Notes under the pieces: model-generated
What the model saw: the letters and a program-made list of their open reading frames with translations, nothing else
Told to the model about the DNA's origin: nothing
Database searches by the model: none
Position numbers and translations under genes: made by a program
Part shown: piece by piece, positions 1-15,234 of the stretch
Layout of the letters: each line of letters opens with the position of its first letter
How positions within the stretch are numbered: the first letter of the stretch is position 1
DNA from: the human T2T-CHM13v2.0 reference genome, Homo sapiens
NCBI RefSeq assembly: GCF_009914755.1
Contig: NC_060945.1
Length of the DNA: 64,000 nt
Strand: one strand, 5' to 3'

Positions 1-344
1 CCCCCAGAATAGGTTCAGAGCAACTTCAGGGCTGCCACATGGTCAATAACATTTTTAAACAGAAAAAGGAAAGGGATGTACAGAAAACAGAAGTGAGATA
101 CAGAAATAGCTGGATTGATCACAGCTGTTTTGTTGCCTTATTGAAGCTGGCTTAAACAGCTGGCCACCTGTGAATGGCCAAAACTCAGCTGCTGTGATTG
201 GCTGAGACTCCGCTACTTGTTACAAGAGCAAATTACAGTCTGTTTACACATCTAGGTAGGCTACAGTTCATGATGTACAAAGAAGCCTTTAGGCCAGACT
301 TAAAATATGTAAGGAGGTAGCTTTAGGCTAAATTTAATTTAACA
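1..344 (-). mobile_element. ERV1 LTR, MER57-like
   Basis: Reverse complement begins TGTTAAATTAAATTTAGCCTAAAGCTACCTCCTTACATATTTTAAG, the MER57 5' end as recalled. Confidence 0.7.
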
Positions 345-900
345 AGAAGAAAAGTAAATCAATAGAAATAGTAGATAGATTTGGTAGACTGGGACATTAA
401 AACGGTTATTGAAACCATATTTTATATGTTCAAGAAGATGAAAGAAAGCATTAGTATATTAAGGAAAGACATGAAATATATTTTTAAAAGACTAAATCCA
501 ACTTCTAGAGATGAAGAGTACAATGTCTGAGATGAAAAATATACTGAATTCAGATTAATAGCTGATTAGACACTGTAGAAGAAAAGAGCAGTGATATTGA
601 AGACATAGTGATAGAAACTATTCAAAATGAAAGACACAGGGGAAAGGACAAGAAAAAATGAAAGAATAGCATCGAACACAACTTTAAGGAGTCTAATAAG
701 TGTGCATTTTGAAGGAGAGTAAAGCGAGGATAAGAAAAAAATTGAAAGAATGGCCAATAGTTTTCCAAGCTTGATGAAAACTATAAACCCATCGATCCAA
801 GAAGCTCACCAAACCCCAGCCACAAAAATAATACATGAAAATTTTCTTCAGCTAGACAGACACAAGTCCTCAAATAGAAAGGGTCCACTGAATGGTGTCA
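345..900 (+). mobile_element. Old L1 (L1M) ORF1 fragment
   Basis: A-rich degraded ORF1-like sequence (atccaagaagctcac..accccag). Confidence 0.55.
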
Positions 901-2905
901 AGCAATCAGGTGTCCAGATAGTATTTAGGACAATGAGCTGAACTGAAAATAACAATCAAGCCTTTATTAACTGCAAACAAGAAGCAAAAAAGAGGCGGCA
1001 GCACCCCAGTGTTCCTTTTTCCCCTACAGAATGGCCAGGAATGCAGATACGCTTATGAGCAGGGCTGGCCAGAGGTGGTGTGGGAGGTGGGAAAGCTGAG
1101 TCCTTAACCACAAATCCCTCTAGAAAAATGCAGTGCACTGTAGTGCACATGCAAGTCTGGTATGGGGAGGACAGTTTCTCCCCATGAGGCCTGGCAGACA
1201 AAGCTTTGTAATTTCTGTGGTCAGGATTGAAAGATCATGCACAAGATTTTGGGACGGAGCCAGACTCCTCAAATGAGGAGCAGAATCATTAGGGGAATAA
1301 AGGCTCATCCTCCTCTTTCCAATACGCTGATAGATATAAAATCTGGATATCAGGAAAGAAATCTAGGCTGAAGACCAATTTGGGAGCCATGAGCATAAAT
1401 GACAGTCAGTGAACTCACAGAAGAGGAAGAGACCACTATAGGAGATGAGAAAAGAAGATGAGCCAGGACAAAGCAGTGAGGGACACTAATATTTAAGTCA
1501 CAAGCAGTGGAGTGGGTTGTCCTGGAGATTGAGAAGAATGGCCAGAAAGACAGATGCAACAGCAAACGAGTATGGAATCATGAGAAAAAGAGCGTGGGGA
1601 ATGATAGATACCAAATGCTATGGAGAAGTCAAGTAAAATCAAGGCTATAAAATGTCTAATAGATCTGAATACTAGAAATTAGCTGATGATCTGGGTGAGA
1701 AGAGAATAAGCAAAACGGGACAGAAAGATAAGCTCAGTGGGCTGAGGAATACATAAGTGAGAAAACAAAGATAGTTGTGGACAAATGTAGACAGATTTGG
1801 CTACGAATAATAACAGGAAGGACGGCTTCTGGAGTGAATGCAGCATATACGCCTTTTTAAATTGGGAGAGACTTGAGAATGTGTAACTGTTAACGAGAAG
1901 AAACTAAAGAGAGGAGATAAAGTCATGAAAAAACGTAAAAATAATCAACGGATAGCCATCCCTATGAAGGGGTGGCTCACGGAAGCAGACAGAGAGATTT
2001 TCATTTGACTGAAAGAAGGATGTCTTCCCAACGACAGGGAAAGACAGAATGGAAGCAGGTGCAGGTGAGTTTGAAGTTTTGGTGATGGAGAGCTGAAACC
2101 TGATCTGTTGACTGTATTTTCCAAGAAACTAGGAGCTGGGTGGAGGAACATCTGTTGAAAATGAGAAGAAAAGCTGTAGGGTAGAGATGTGAAGTAAGTG
2201 TAGGTTTTTAATTTCAGCTCAATTGAGGTTGCAGACTATGAAGTTTTGATCATTGGGGCTATTTGATCCTTCAGGTTTTCTCCAGAAAAACTAGATCTTC
2301 CCTCTGAGCCCTCCTGAAGTAGGAAAAACAGTAACCACGATGGTCAGAAAAAAATAACCAAAATTACTGAGCACACTGTGCCAGACACTAAACTAAGCTC
2401 TTGGTGTGCATTAACTGATTAAAAATTCATCACACCACTATGATATAGATTTTATTATAGTCCCCATGAGGAAGCAGGAAAAAAGATTAAGTAACTTGCC
2501 CAAGATCCCAGAGTGATGGAGGTGGGATAGCAACCTAAGTCAACTTCAGAACTCAGACTCTTAACCAGTAGGCCAGTCTCTGTTTAAGAGATACTTAGTT
2601 ACCACTTGAAAAGGCGTATGGCTGTCTTCCATGTTACTGCTTAAAAACAGACATCTTTCTCAGTATGCAGTGAGCATGCAGCCACACTCAATCTTTCCTC
2701 AAGCCATGTGAACACAGACTAGACCTTCAAATATGCTGTTCCCTTTATTTAGAATGCTGTATCCCTCTTCTTTTCCTATCTCCTACTTATACTCTGCCTC
2801 CCCTTAAACATCTCTTACTGCAGGTCACCTGCTGCAATGTGTATCCCTCACCACTAAACTAGTTTAGTGTTCCCACCGTTTGCTTCATCATCATCATTAT
2901 TACTA

Positions 2906-3188
2906 TTTTGAAATAGCATCTCACTCTGTCACCCAGGCTGGAGTGCAGTGGTGTGATCACGGCTCATTGTAGCCTTGACTTCCTGGAGTTCAAGCGATTC
3001 TCCAGGCTCAGCCTCCTGAGTAGCTAGGACCACAGGCCTCTGCCACCTCATCCAACTAATTGTATTTTTTGCAGATATGGGGGTCTCTCTTTGTTGTCCA
3101 GGCTGGTCTCAAACTCCTGGGCTCAAGTGATCCTCTTGCTGCAGCCTCTCAAAATGCTGGGATTACAGGTGTGAGCCACTGTGCCAGC
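2906..3188 (-). mobile_element. Alu (old, J-like)
   Basis: Alu consensus, reverse. Confidence 0.85.
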
Positions 3189-4742
3189 TTCACTACTATC
3201 TTTTACTGAATTGCCTGCCTACTGGGATGAGGAAATGTATAGGATGATAAAGCACCAAGGAGAAAGACATTCTGGAGATTCCAGAGTAGAACGGCTCAGA
3301 TTCCTTCCTGAACATCCTGGAGCTAGTGTTTGTACACCCTCAAAGTCTGTGCCACTGGGCTGCTACTCAGCTAGGACTCTTCTCCTTTCATCTACCAACC
3401 TCTCCTCCCAGAAAGAAGTGAATTTATTCTTCTGGAAGGTTCTAAAGCAGTGATTTCTAATCCAGGGTGCACCCACCCTAGGGGTTTGCGTTGGATTACA
3501 GGGTCCACCGAAGTGCAGTGAAATTCTATTTACATTCTTTAATAAGAAATAAATTAAGCTTTTGATATTTGATATATAACCTAGCACAAGCACCTTCACT
3601 TGGTCCAAATGCCAGAGCATCACATTGTCACATTCAGTGATGTGTGACACACTTGAGAACAGAGTGAGAAACTCACAAGGTGGAAATGCGCAGCGATGCT
3701 TCTGCTTGTACACTTTTGGAGTTTGTGATTATGTCTAGCCATTTACTTGGCTTGATGTGTGTTTACAGGTCGTTAGCTAGTTTTAACTAAATTAATGCTC
3801 ACAAAATGGATGTGACAAGATTCTTGCAAATAAATTGGAAATTAAAGATAGTACTATTAATACACAAGTGAATAAGATAACAGCAGCCTTGACATATTAG
3901 CTAATCACAGTATGAAGCCATCACATTAGGAAGACATTTTCCAGAAAAGCAAACCCCCACAATTTCTTTCCAAGAGTGTTTAAAGTCATATGATACTCAT
4001 TCGTTTTGGTTCTTTACAAAATTTCGTAATTGGTGACAGTGTTTAGAAACTGCTTTGGGGGTTCTTAATAGCAAAAGACAAAAAGCCACATGCCCCTTGT
4101 TCTTCTTTCTACAATATGACAAACTAAAATACATTCCTCAGTCAGCAATAGTGTTGGACTGTGTATAGCAAATACGGCTGACAATGCGAAGAAACAAGAG
4201 TTCAATTTCACAGTGTGGGAAATCTGCCACGTAATCATATGGAAACATGCTCTAAAGCACAGATGTTTCTAACATGTCTTTTTCCAAAAGTGAAATACCC
4301 AAGGAACGACTTTTTCTTTGTTAGCCAAAAAGGGAAAGATAAAATATATACTCAACAGTAATTTACTTCCTTAATTAAAACAAAAAGTTTTAGTGCCCAT
4401 ATATTGGTTTCTAAATACCATCCCCCAATAAAAACATCATCAACAACAACAACAACAACAAAAAGCAGGGCCCCTTGAAGAAATGGCTGATTTTAGGGCT
4501 GAGCAGGAAAAATATAAGATGAACTTGGAACATCTTGTGCTAGAAAGTAAAGAAGTGTTAGAAAAAATTAAGAGCATACTAGCAAAAGGAACAAGAGTCA
4601 GCTTGAAGTGGCTGCCACTGGCCAAATCTAGGACAATTTGAGCATTAAAATAAATAAGGAGGGTGAATTGGTAGAGCACAGGTGATATTTAGGGCGGTGA
4701 AATGCCTCTGTATGATGCTGTAATGGTAGATACATGACATTA

Positions 4743-5402
4743 TGTTGCAAGTGGTTATGTATGAGAAGGGCAGGAGACGGCTCTTCCCCCACCCACCAGG
4801 AATGTCAGGTGATGGTTCAACAATCACATTGCCTCTCTAAAAATAATTCAGCACCCAGAGCCGAATTATCTCCTAATGGTCCACAGCTATTACATTAGAG
4901 TGTTAATTGAATGTAGGCGCCAAGAAGCAAAAAGAGCTTCCAATAATCTCCGGTATTGGGTGAGTGAGCCGGTGCATGCACATTAAGAGACAAAACGGCA
5001 GAGTATGACCTTCCGGGGGCACTCCATCGGAAAAGGGAAGAAATCTTCAGATGGGCATGCGCACAACTTCCTAAACACACTGCACATGTTCACCTCCCAA
5101 GTGTAAGAAGGGCACTGCGCATGCGGGCAGCCCACCCTAAGGGAAGAATCATGGGAAAGGGGTGCAAAACCCCAGAAGTGGGCCAGCCTATAAATCCTAG
5201 AATCACAGTTAAACGCTGCATTTGTCCTTCAATTTGCCCGCTTGGGTCTCTTCCAAGTGTACTTTCCTTTCTTTCCCGTTCTAAAGCCTTTTTAAATAAA
5301 CTTCCACTCCTTCTCTGAAACTTGCCTCAGTCTCTTTTTCCGCCTTATGCCCCTCAGTCGAATTTGCTGTGCAGGTAACTGGGATGCCTTCTACCAGTAA
5401 CA
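4743..5402 (+). mobile_element. ERV1-class solo LTR inserted into an old L1 3' end
   Basis: TG...CA termini, 4-bp TSD ATTA, internal TATAAA (~5189) and AATAAA (~5295). Confidence 0.75.
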
Positions 5403-5721
5403 ATTATACATTGTAAAAACCCATAGAATGTACAACACCAAGAAAGAACTCTTACGTAAACTCTGGACTTTAGTTAATAATGTATCAGTATACGTTCATC
5501 AGCTGTAAGAAATGTACCACCCCAATGCAAGATGTTAACAACGGGAAACTGAAAGCAGGCTTGGGATGAGGGGGTATATAAGAACTCTCCACACTGTCTG
5601 TAAACCTAAAACTCCTCTAAAAGTTGTATATTAATTTTAAAAATTTAAGTAAGGATAACAATGAACTATAACCAATGAAATAAAATAAGAATCTGTGAGT
5701 CTATACTAATAATAAATGGAG

Positions 5722-6064
<343 letters not shown>

Positions 6065-6761
6065 TCAACTAATATTTGCAGTGAGAGGGTCAGGGTTGAA
6101 AACTTACCATTTCATGACCATCACAGGTAGGATAGTTCAGGCAAGGATGATTAATGGATGTTAATTCTAGAAGAAAAGTTTGATGAACAGCAGAATATTT
6201 GCAGGATTTCCGAGTGTCTTCCCACCAATTAGCTGCAGGAGGTGGGGTGGGAGGGGAGGTCGATGGGGGGCGGAATAGTAACTATACAATGGAGACTGTA
6301 ACTATAATACTTTGATACATGATCAAAATTAACATCACATATGAGGTACTAATAAGCTTAATGTGCCTGTGAAGGGACTGAGGACACCACACAAGCCAGG
6401 TACGCATAATCTGAAATTAATCAGGAGAAACCATCAGACAAGTCCAAATTGGAGAAGCATTCTATAAAATAGTTGGCCTGTGTTTTTCAAAAAAAAAAAA
6501 AAAAATCCCCAAATCAAAAAAATGTCCATGACATGAAAGACAATGGCCAGGGAAGTACTCTGGATTAAAGAAAGCTAAAGAAGTTCAGGAAAATAAATAA
6601 CATACATACATGACTTTGTATGTGTATTTAAAGAGGGAGTGTAGATATGGCAAAATATTAACGATTTGCTGAATCTGGGCAACGGGTATGTGGGAGCTAT
6701 CTTACTATTTTTGCAACTTGTCTGTAATTTCAAATTATTTCCAAGCAAAAAGTAAAAATGG

Positions 6762-7121
<360 letters not shown>

Positions 7122-7845
7122 CTAGAATAAAGGAGAGAAGGGAGGTTCTGGGTTAAGGTTACAGAGCTTGCACCACAGGGGAAATTAATTCATGTCTTAT
7201 CCTTAAATAAATTATTACAGCAAAAAAGTTGAAACTAAAGTACACGAAGTACTTACCACAGGGTGTCACAGCTGTGGCAAATTTTATTAAAGCACAATCC
7301 AATTTTATTAAAATACAATTCAATGTTTATAATAGGTTGTATTAAGATGGGGAAGAGTGAAAATCTTAGGAAAGGAGGAAGAAAAGGAGGGGAGGAAATT
7401 GTCAATGTGTTTAAAAATCTAATTAAACTTTTCAGTCATTTTGAGCTCATTGTTCTAAATATAAAAATGCATCCTATTCCAACTAGTTTGCAAGAACTTT
7501 TGGACAGCAGGAAATGGAAATTTTAATTTAAACATGCAGAGTCGTTCAAAAGGCTTTTAAAATAAGTATTATTTTGTAATTGCAACCAGGAATTTTTCCT
7601 CTTCCATTTGGATTCACGTATCTTCATGGGGTGTTTTTCCACCTTTGGTGTTGTTAAAACGAAGTACTGACACACTCAAAATCAAACCCCCAAATCGATG
7701 AATCGTAAAGTGATAATTCAAAGTTTTTTAAACGATACCTAACAGCTGGATAGATTGCCTAAAAATCATTATTCACTCAAACTGGGTGAATTTCAAGATA
7801 CATAAATTATACCTCTAAGATGTTTTTAAAATAGGCATATTTCCC

Positions 7846-8126
7846 CTGGGCGTGGTGACTCACGCCTGCAATCCCAGCACTCCGGGAAGCAAAGGTGAGC
7901 GGATCACTTCAGGTCAGGAGTTCCAGACCAGCCTGGGTAACACAGCGGAAATCCCATCTCCACTAAAAATACAAAAACTAGCCGGGCGCAATAGCGCACA
8001 GCTGTAATCTCAGCTACTCAGGAGGCTGAAGCAGGAGAATCGCTTGAACCCGGAAGGCGGAGGTTGTGGTGAGCCGAGATCGCGCCACTGCACTCCAGCC
8101 CGGGTGACAGAGCAAGACTCCGATTC
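7846..8126 (+). mobile_element. Alu lacking a poly-A tail, abutting the tandem array
   Basis: Alu consensus to ...gcaagactccg, then array. Confidence 0.9.
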
Positions 8127-11100
8127 GAACAATGCAATGGAATATATACATATATGTATATATGGAACATATATACATATGTGGAACAAATACATATATG
8201 GAACATACATATGTGGAACAAATACATATATGGAACATACATATGTGGAACCAATACATATATGGAACATACATATGTGGAACCAATACATATATGCAAC
8301 ATACATATGTGGAACCAATACATATATGCAACATATATATGTGGAACCAATACATATATGCAACATATATATGTGGAACCAATACATATATGCAACATAT
8401 ATATGTGGAACCAATACATATATGCAACATATATATGTGGAACCAATACATATATGCAACATATATATGTGGAACCAATACATATATGCAACATATATAT
8501 GTGGAACCAATACATATATGCAACATATATATGTGGAACCAATACATATATGCAACATATATATGTGGAACCAATACATATATGCAACATATATATGTGG
8601 AACCAATACATATATGCAACATATATATGTGGAACCAATACATATATAGAACATATATATGTGGAACCAATATATATGGAACATACGTATGTGGAACATA
8701 CATATGTGGAACATACGTATGTGGACCATACATATGTGGAACATACGTATGTGGACCATACATATGTGGAACATACGTATGTGGACCATACATATGTGAA
8801 ACATACGTATGTCGACCATACGTATGGGTCCCATATACATATGGGACACATACGTATGGAATATATATATGGGACACATACGTATGGAATATATACGTAT
8901 ATATACATATGGGACACATACGTATGGAATATACATATGGAATATACATATATGGGACACATAAGTATGGAATATATACGTATGGAATATACACGCATGG
9001 AATATATACGTATGGAATATATATGTATGGAATATACACGTCTGGAATATATATGTATGGAATATTCACGTATGGAATATATATCTGGAATATATATATA
9101 TGGAATATATATCTGGAATATATATATGGAATATATATCTGGAATATATATATATGGAATATATATCTGGAATATATATATATGGAATATATATCTGGAA
9201 TATATATATGGAATATATATCTGGAATATATATATATGGAATATATATCTGGAATATATATATATGGAATATATATATGGAATATATATATATGGAATAT
9301 ATATGGAATATATATATATGGAATATATATATGCAATATACATATATGGAATATATATATGCAATATACATATATGGAATACATATATGCAATATATATA
9401 TGGAATATATATATGGAATATATATATGGAATATATCTATAATATATATACGGAATATATATATACGGAATATATATATAATATATATACGGAATATATA
9501 TATACGGAATATATATATAATATATATACGGAATATATATATACGGAATATATATATAATATATATATAATATATATACGGAATATATATATACGGAATA
9601 TATATATAATATATGTATGGAATATATATATACGGAATATATATATAATATATGTATGGAATATATATATACGGAATATATATATAATATATGTATGGAA
9701 TATATATATACGGAATAGATATATAATATATGTATGGAATATATATATACGGAATATATATATAATATATATATATATGGAATATATATATACGGAATGT
9801 ATATATAATATATATATATATGGAATATATATATACGGAATGTATATATAATATATATATACGGAATATATATATACGGAATGTATATATAATATATATA
9901 CGGAATATATATATACGGAATGTATATATAATATATATACGGAATATATATATACGGAATGTATATATAATATATATACGGAATATATATATACGGAATG
10001 TATATATAATATATATACGGAATATATATATACGGAATGTATATATAATATATATACGGAATATATATATACGGAATGTATATATAATATATATACGGAA
10101 TATATATATACGGAATGTATATATAATATATATACGGAATATATATATACGGAATGTATATATAATATATATACGGAATATATATATACGGAATGTATAT
10201 ATAATATATATACGGAATATATATATACGGAATGTATATATAATATATATACGGAATGTATATATACGGAATGTATATATATGGAATATATATACGGAAT
10301 GTATATATATGGAATGTATATATATGGAATGTATATATGGAATGTATATATATGGAATATATATGGAATATATATATATGGAATATATATATGGAATATA
10401 TATATATGGAATATATATATGGAATATATATATATGGAATATATATATGGAATATATATATATGGAACATATATATGGAATATATATATATGGAACATAT
10501 ATATGGAATATATATATATGGAACATATATATGGAATATATATATATGGAATATATATATGGAATATATATATATGGAATATATATATGGAATATATATA
10601 TATGGAATATATATATGGAATATATATATATGGAATATATATATGGAATATATATATATGGAATATATATATGGAATATATATATATGGAATATATATAT
10701 GGAATATATATATGGAATATATATATATGGAATATATATATGGAATATATATATATGGAATATATATATGGAATATATATATATGGAATATATATATGGA
10801 ATATATATATGGAATATATATATATGGAATATATATATGGAATATATATATGGAATATATATATGGAATATATATATGGAATATATATATATGGAATATA
10901 TATATGGAATATATATATATGGAATATATATATATAGAATATATATATGGAATATATATATATGGAATATATATATGGAATATATATATATGGAATATAT
11001 ATATGGAATATATATATATGGAATATATATATGGAATATATATATATGGAATATATATATGGAATATATATATGGAATATATATATATGGAATATATATA

Positions 11101-14100
11101 TGTGGAATATATATATGGAATATATATATGTGGAATATATATATGGAATATATATATGTGGAATATATATATGGAATATATATATGTGGAATATATATAT
11201 GGAATATATATATGTGGAATATATATATGGAATATATATATGTGGAATATATATATGTGGAATATATATATGTGGAATATATATATGTGGAATATATATA
11301 TGTGGAATATATATATGTGGAATATATATATGTGGAATATATATATGTGGAATATATATATGTGGAATATATATATGTGGAATATATATATGTGGAATAT
11401 ATATATGGAATATATATATGTGGAATATATATATGGAATATATATATGTGGAATATATATATGGAATATATATATGTGGAATATATATATGGAATATATA
11501 TGTGGAATATATATATATGGAATATATATGTGGAATATATATATGGAATATATATGTGGAATATATATATATGGAATATATATATGGAATATATATATAT
11601 GGAATATATATATGGAATATATATATATGGAATATATATATGGAATATATATATATGGAATATATATATATGGAATATATATATATGGAATATATATATG
11701 GAATATATATATATGGAATATATATATATGGAATATATATATATGGAATATATATATATGGAATATATATATATGGAATATATATATATGGAATATATAT
11801 ATATGGAATATATATATATGGAATATATATATATGGAATATATATATATGGAATATATATATGGAATATATATATGGAATATATATATATGGAATATATA
11901 TATATGGAATATATATGGAATATATATATATGGAATATATATGGAATATATATATATGGAATATATATATGGAATATATATATATGGAATATATATATGG
12001 AATATATATATATGGAATATATATATGGAATATATATATGGAATATATATATGGAATATATATATGGAATATATATATATGGAATATATATATGGAATAT
12101 ATATATATGGAATATATATATGGAATATATATATATGGAATATATATATGGAATATATATATATGGAATATATATATATGGAATATATATATATGGAATA
12201 TATATATATGGAATATATATATATGGAATATATATATGGAATATATATATATGGAATATATATATGGAATATATATATATGGAATATATATATGGAATAT
12301 ATATATATGGAATATATATATGGAATATATATATGGCATATATATATATGGAATATATATATGGGATATATATATATGGAATATATATATGGGATATATA
12401 CATGGAATATATATATGGGATATATACATGGAATATATATATATGGGATATATACATGGAATATATATATGGGATATATACATGGAATATATATATATGG
12501 GATATATACATGGAATATATATATATGGGATATATACATGGAATATATATATGGAATATGTATATATGGAATATATATATGGAATGTATATATATGGAAT
12601 ATATATATGGAATGTATATATATGGAATATATATATGGAATATATATATGGAATATATATATGGAATATATATATGGAATATATATATGGAATATATATA
12701 TGGAATATATATATGGAATATATATATGGAATATATATATATGGAATATATATATGGAATATATATATATGGAATATATATATGGAATATATATATATGG
12801 AATATATATATGGAATATATATATATGGAATATATATATGGAATATATATATGGAATATATATATGGAATATATATATGGAATATATATATGGAATATAT
12901 TTATGGAATATATACATATGGAATATATTTATGGAATATATACATATGGAATATATTTATGGAATATATACATGGAATATATATATGGAATATATACATG
13001 GAATATATATATGGAATATATACATGGAATATATATATGGAATATATACATGGAATATATATATATGGAATATATACATGGAATATATATATATGGAATA
13101 TATACATGGAATATATATATATGGAATATATACATGGAATATATATATATGGAATATATACATGGAATATATATATATGGAATATATACATGGAATATAT
13201 ATATATGGAATATATACATGGAATATATATATATGGAATATATACATGGAATATATATATATGGAATATATACATGGAATATATATATATGGAATATATA
13301 CATGGAATATATATATATGGAATATATACATGGAATATATATATATGGAATATATACATGGAATATATATATATGGAATATATATATATGGAATATATAT
13401 ATGGAATATATATATATGGAATATATATATGGAATATATATATATGGAATATATATATGGAATATATATATATGGAATATATATATGGAATATATATATA
13501 TGGAATATATATATGGAATATATATATATGGAATATATATATGGAATATATATATATGGAATATATATATGGAATATAGAGATGGAATATATATATGGAA
13601 TATAGAGATGGAATATATATATGGAATATAGAGATGGAATATAGAGATGGAATATAGAGATGGAATATAGAGATGGAATATAGAGATGGAATATAGAGAT
13701 GGAATATAGAGATGGAATATAGAGATGGAATATAGAGATGGAATATAGAGATGGAATATATATGGAATATAGAGATGGAATATATATGGAATATAGAGAT
13801 GGAATATATGTGGAATATAGAGATGGAATATAGAGATGGAATATAGAGATGGAATATAGAGATGGAATAGATATGGAATATAGAGATGGAATAGATATGG
13901 AATATAGAGATGGAATAGAGATGGAATATAGAGATGGAATATAGAGATGGGATATAGAGATGGGATATAGAGATGGGATATAGAGATGGGATATAGAGAT
14001 GGGATATAGAGATGGGATATAGTGATGGAATATAGAGATGGGATATAGAGATGGAATAGATATGGAATATAGAGATGGAATAGATATGGAATATAGAGAT

Positions 14101-14310
14101 GGAATAGATATGGAATATAGAGATGGAATATAGAGATGGGATATAGAGATGGGATATAGAGATGGAATATAGAGATGGGATATAGAGATGGAATATAGAG
14201 ATGGGATATAGAGATGGAATATAGTGATGGGATATAGAGATGGAATATATAGATGGAATATAGAGATGGAATATATAGATGGAATACATATATATTCCAT
14301 TGCATTGTTC
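8127..14310. repeat. ~6.15 kb compound tandem array based on GGAA(TA)nT units (13/15/28/30/32/39-bp periods), bounded by a 22-bp inverted repeat
   Basis: Directly visible; accounts for all of the very long YI-rich ORFs. Confidence 0.97.
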
Positions 14311-15136
14311 TTTACAAACATTCATTTAATTATGTAATTGCTAATTAATTGCTTGGTTGTTATAACAACGAAGTATTTGATTCCTTATTTTATCTCATCA
14401 TTTAAATTTTATTTCGCATATTTTCACAATGCACTGGATCTATTACTGAGGAATTTAATTAAATAATCATTCGAACCATGGGCTCGAATTGTTTACTGAT
14501 AAAGCCCGACGACCAAAACAGCCTAGCGACTGCTGTTTGGAGCCCCTCGGCCCAGGGCCCGTGGCTGTTCTCTCCAAGGGACCATCTCGCCCCTCAGCCA
14601 AGTCGCCCGGAAAACGAGCGCTCGACCGCCTCTGCCCCGCTCTCGCTCTGCACACAGCAACGGTCTGGTCGCTCAGCCACTTCCTCCTTCCAGCCTCATC
14701 TGGTTCCCAGGCCGCTGGGGACTCCCAACGCCACTGTCCAAGACTCTAGGGTCAGCAAGCGCCCCGGGCGGAGAAGGGCGAGGACGAAGAGCGCCGGGCC
14801 GCGACCAGGAGCCCACCCGCGCCCTCCGACTGCAGACATGGGGAAGAGACGCGGGAACTCCAAAGTCGCTGGGTCTGCGCAGGTGTGTGCCGCGATCCTG
14901 TGAAGGTCAAGGCCTCCTGTGAGGGGGAGTCGTCCTGGAATGCGATGGTGAAGTGCTCCAGACCGGCCATAGGCCGGAAAGAGTGAGGAAGAAGAGAATG
15001 CAGGAGGCCTGCGATTTCTAAGGCGCGCGCGCACAGGGGTGCTGCAATTAGGATGGGGCAATGGGAGCTTGGAGAAGGGGTGCTAGCTAGGAGGAAAGGC
15101 GCGTGCGTGGAGGAACGGCGCGTGCGCGGAGGGGCG

Positions 15137-15146
15137 GTGTGTGTGT
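15137..15146 (+). repeat. Promoter (GT)5 microsatellite (short allele of the known IFNAR1 promoter GT repeat)
   Basis: GGCG-GTGTGTGTGT-CAG. Confidence 0.7.
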
Positions 15147-15234
15147 CAGAAGAGGCGGCGCGTGCGTAGAGGGGCGGTGAGAGCTAAGAGGGGCAGCGCG
15201 TGCGCAGAGGGGCGGTGTGACTTAGGACGGGGCG

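Noticed and set aside
6240-6272. G-run cluster (potential G-quadruplex)
   Set aside because: Lies within degraded L1-like sequence with no supporting context.
8137-14290. Human satellite II/III (GGAAT)n block
   Set aside because: Shares the GGAAT pentamer, but units are separated by (TA)n runs with a 13-39 bp period rather than 5 bp.
8127-14310. CRISPR array, or DNA transposon with TIRs
   Set aside because: Eukaryotic locus with no unique spacers; no TSD or transposase around the inverted repeat.
8010-14325. ORFs of 300-1489 aa rich in Y/I/H/W on both strands
   Set aside because: Artefact of a stop-poor TA/GGAA tandem repeat; open in several frames at once.
14469-14476. ATTCGAAC also present at 8123-8130 (possible junction microhomology or TSD)
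   Set aside because: Only 8 bp and ~160 bp away from the array end; cannot be distinguished from chance.
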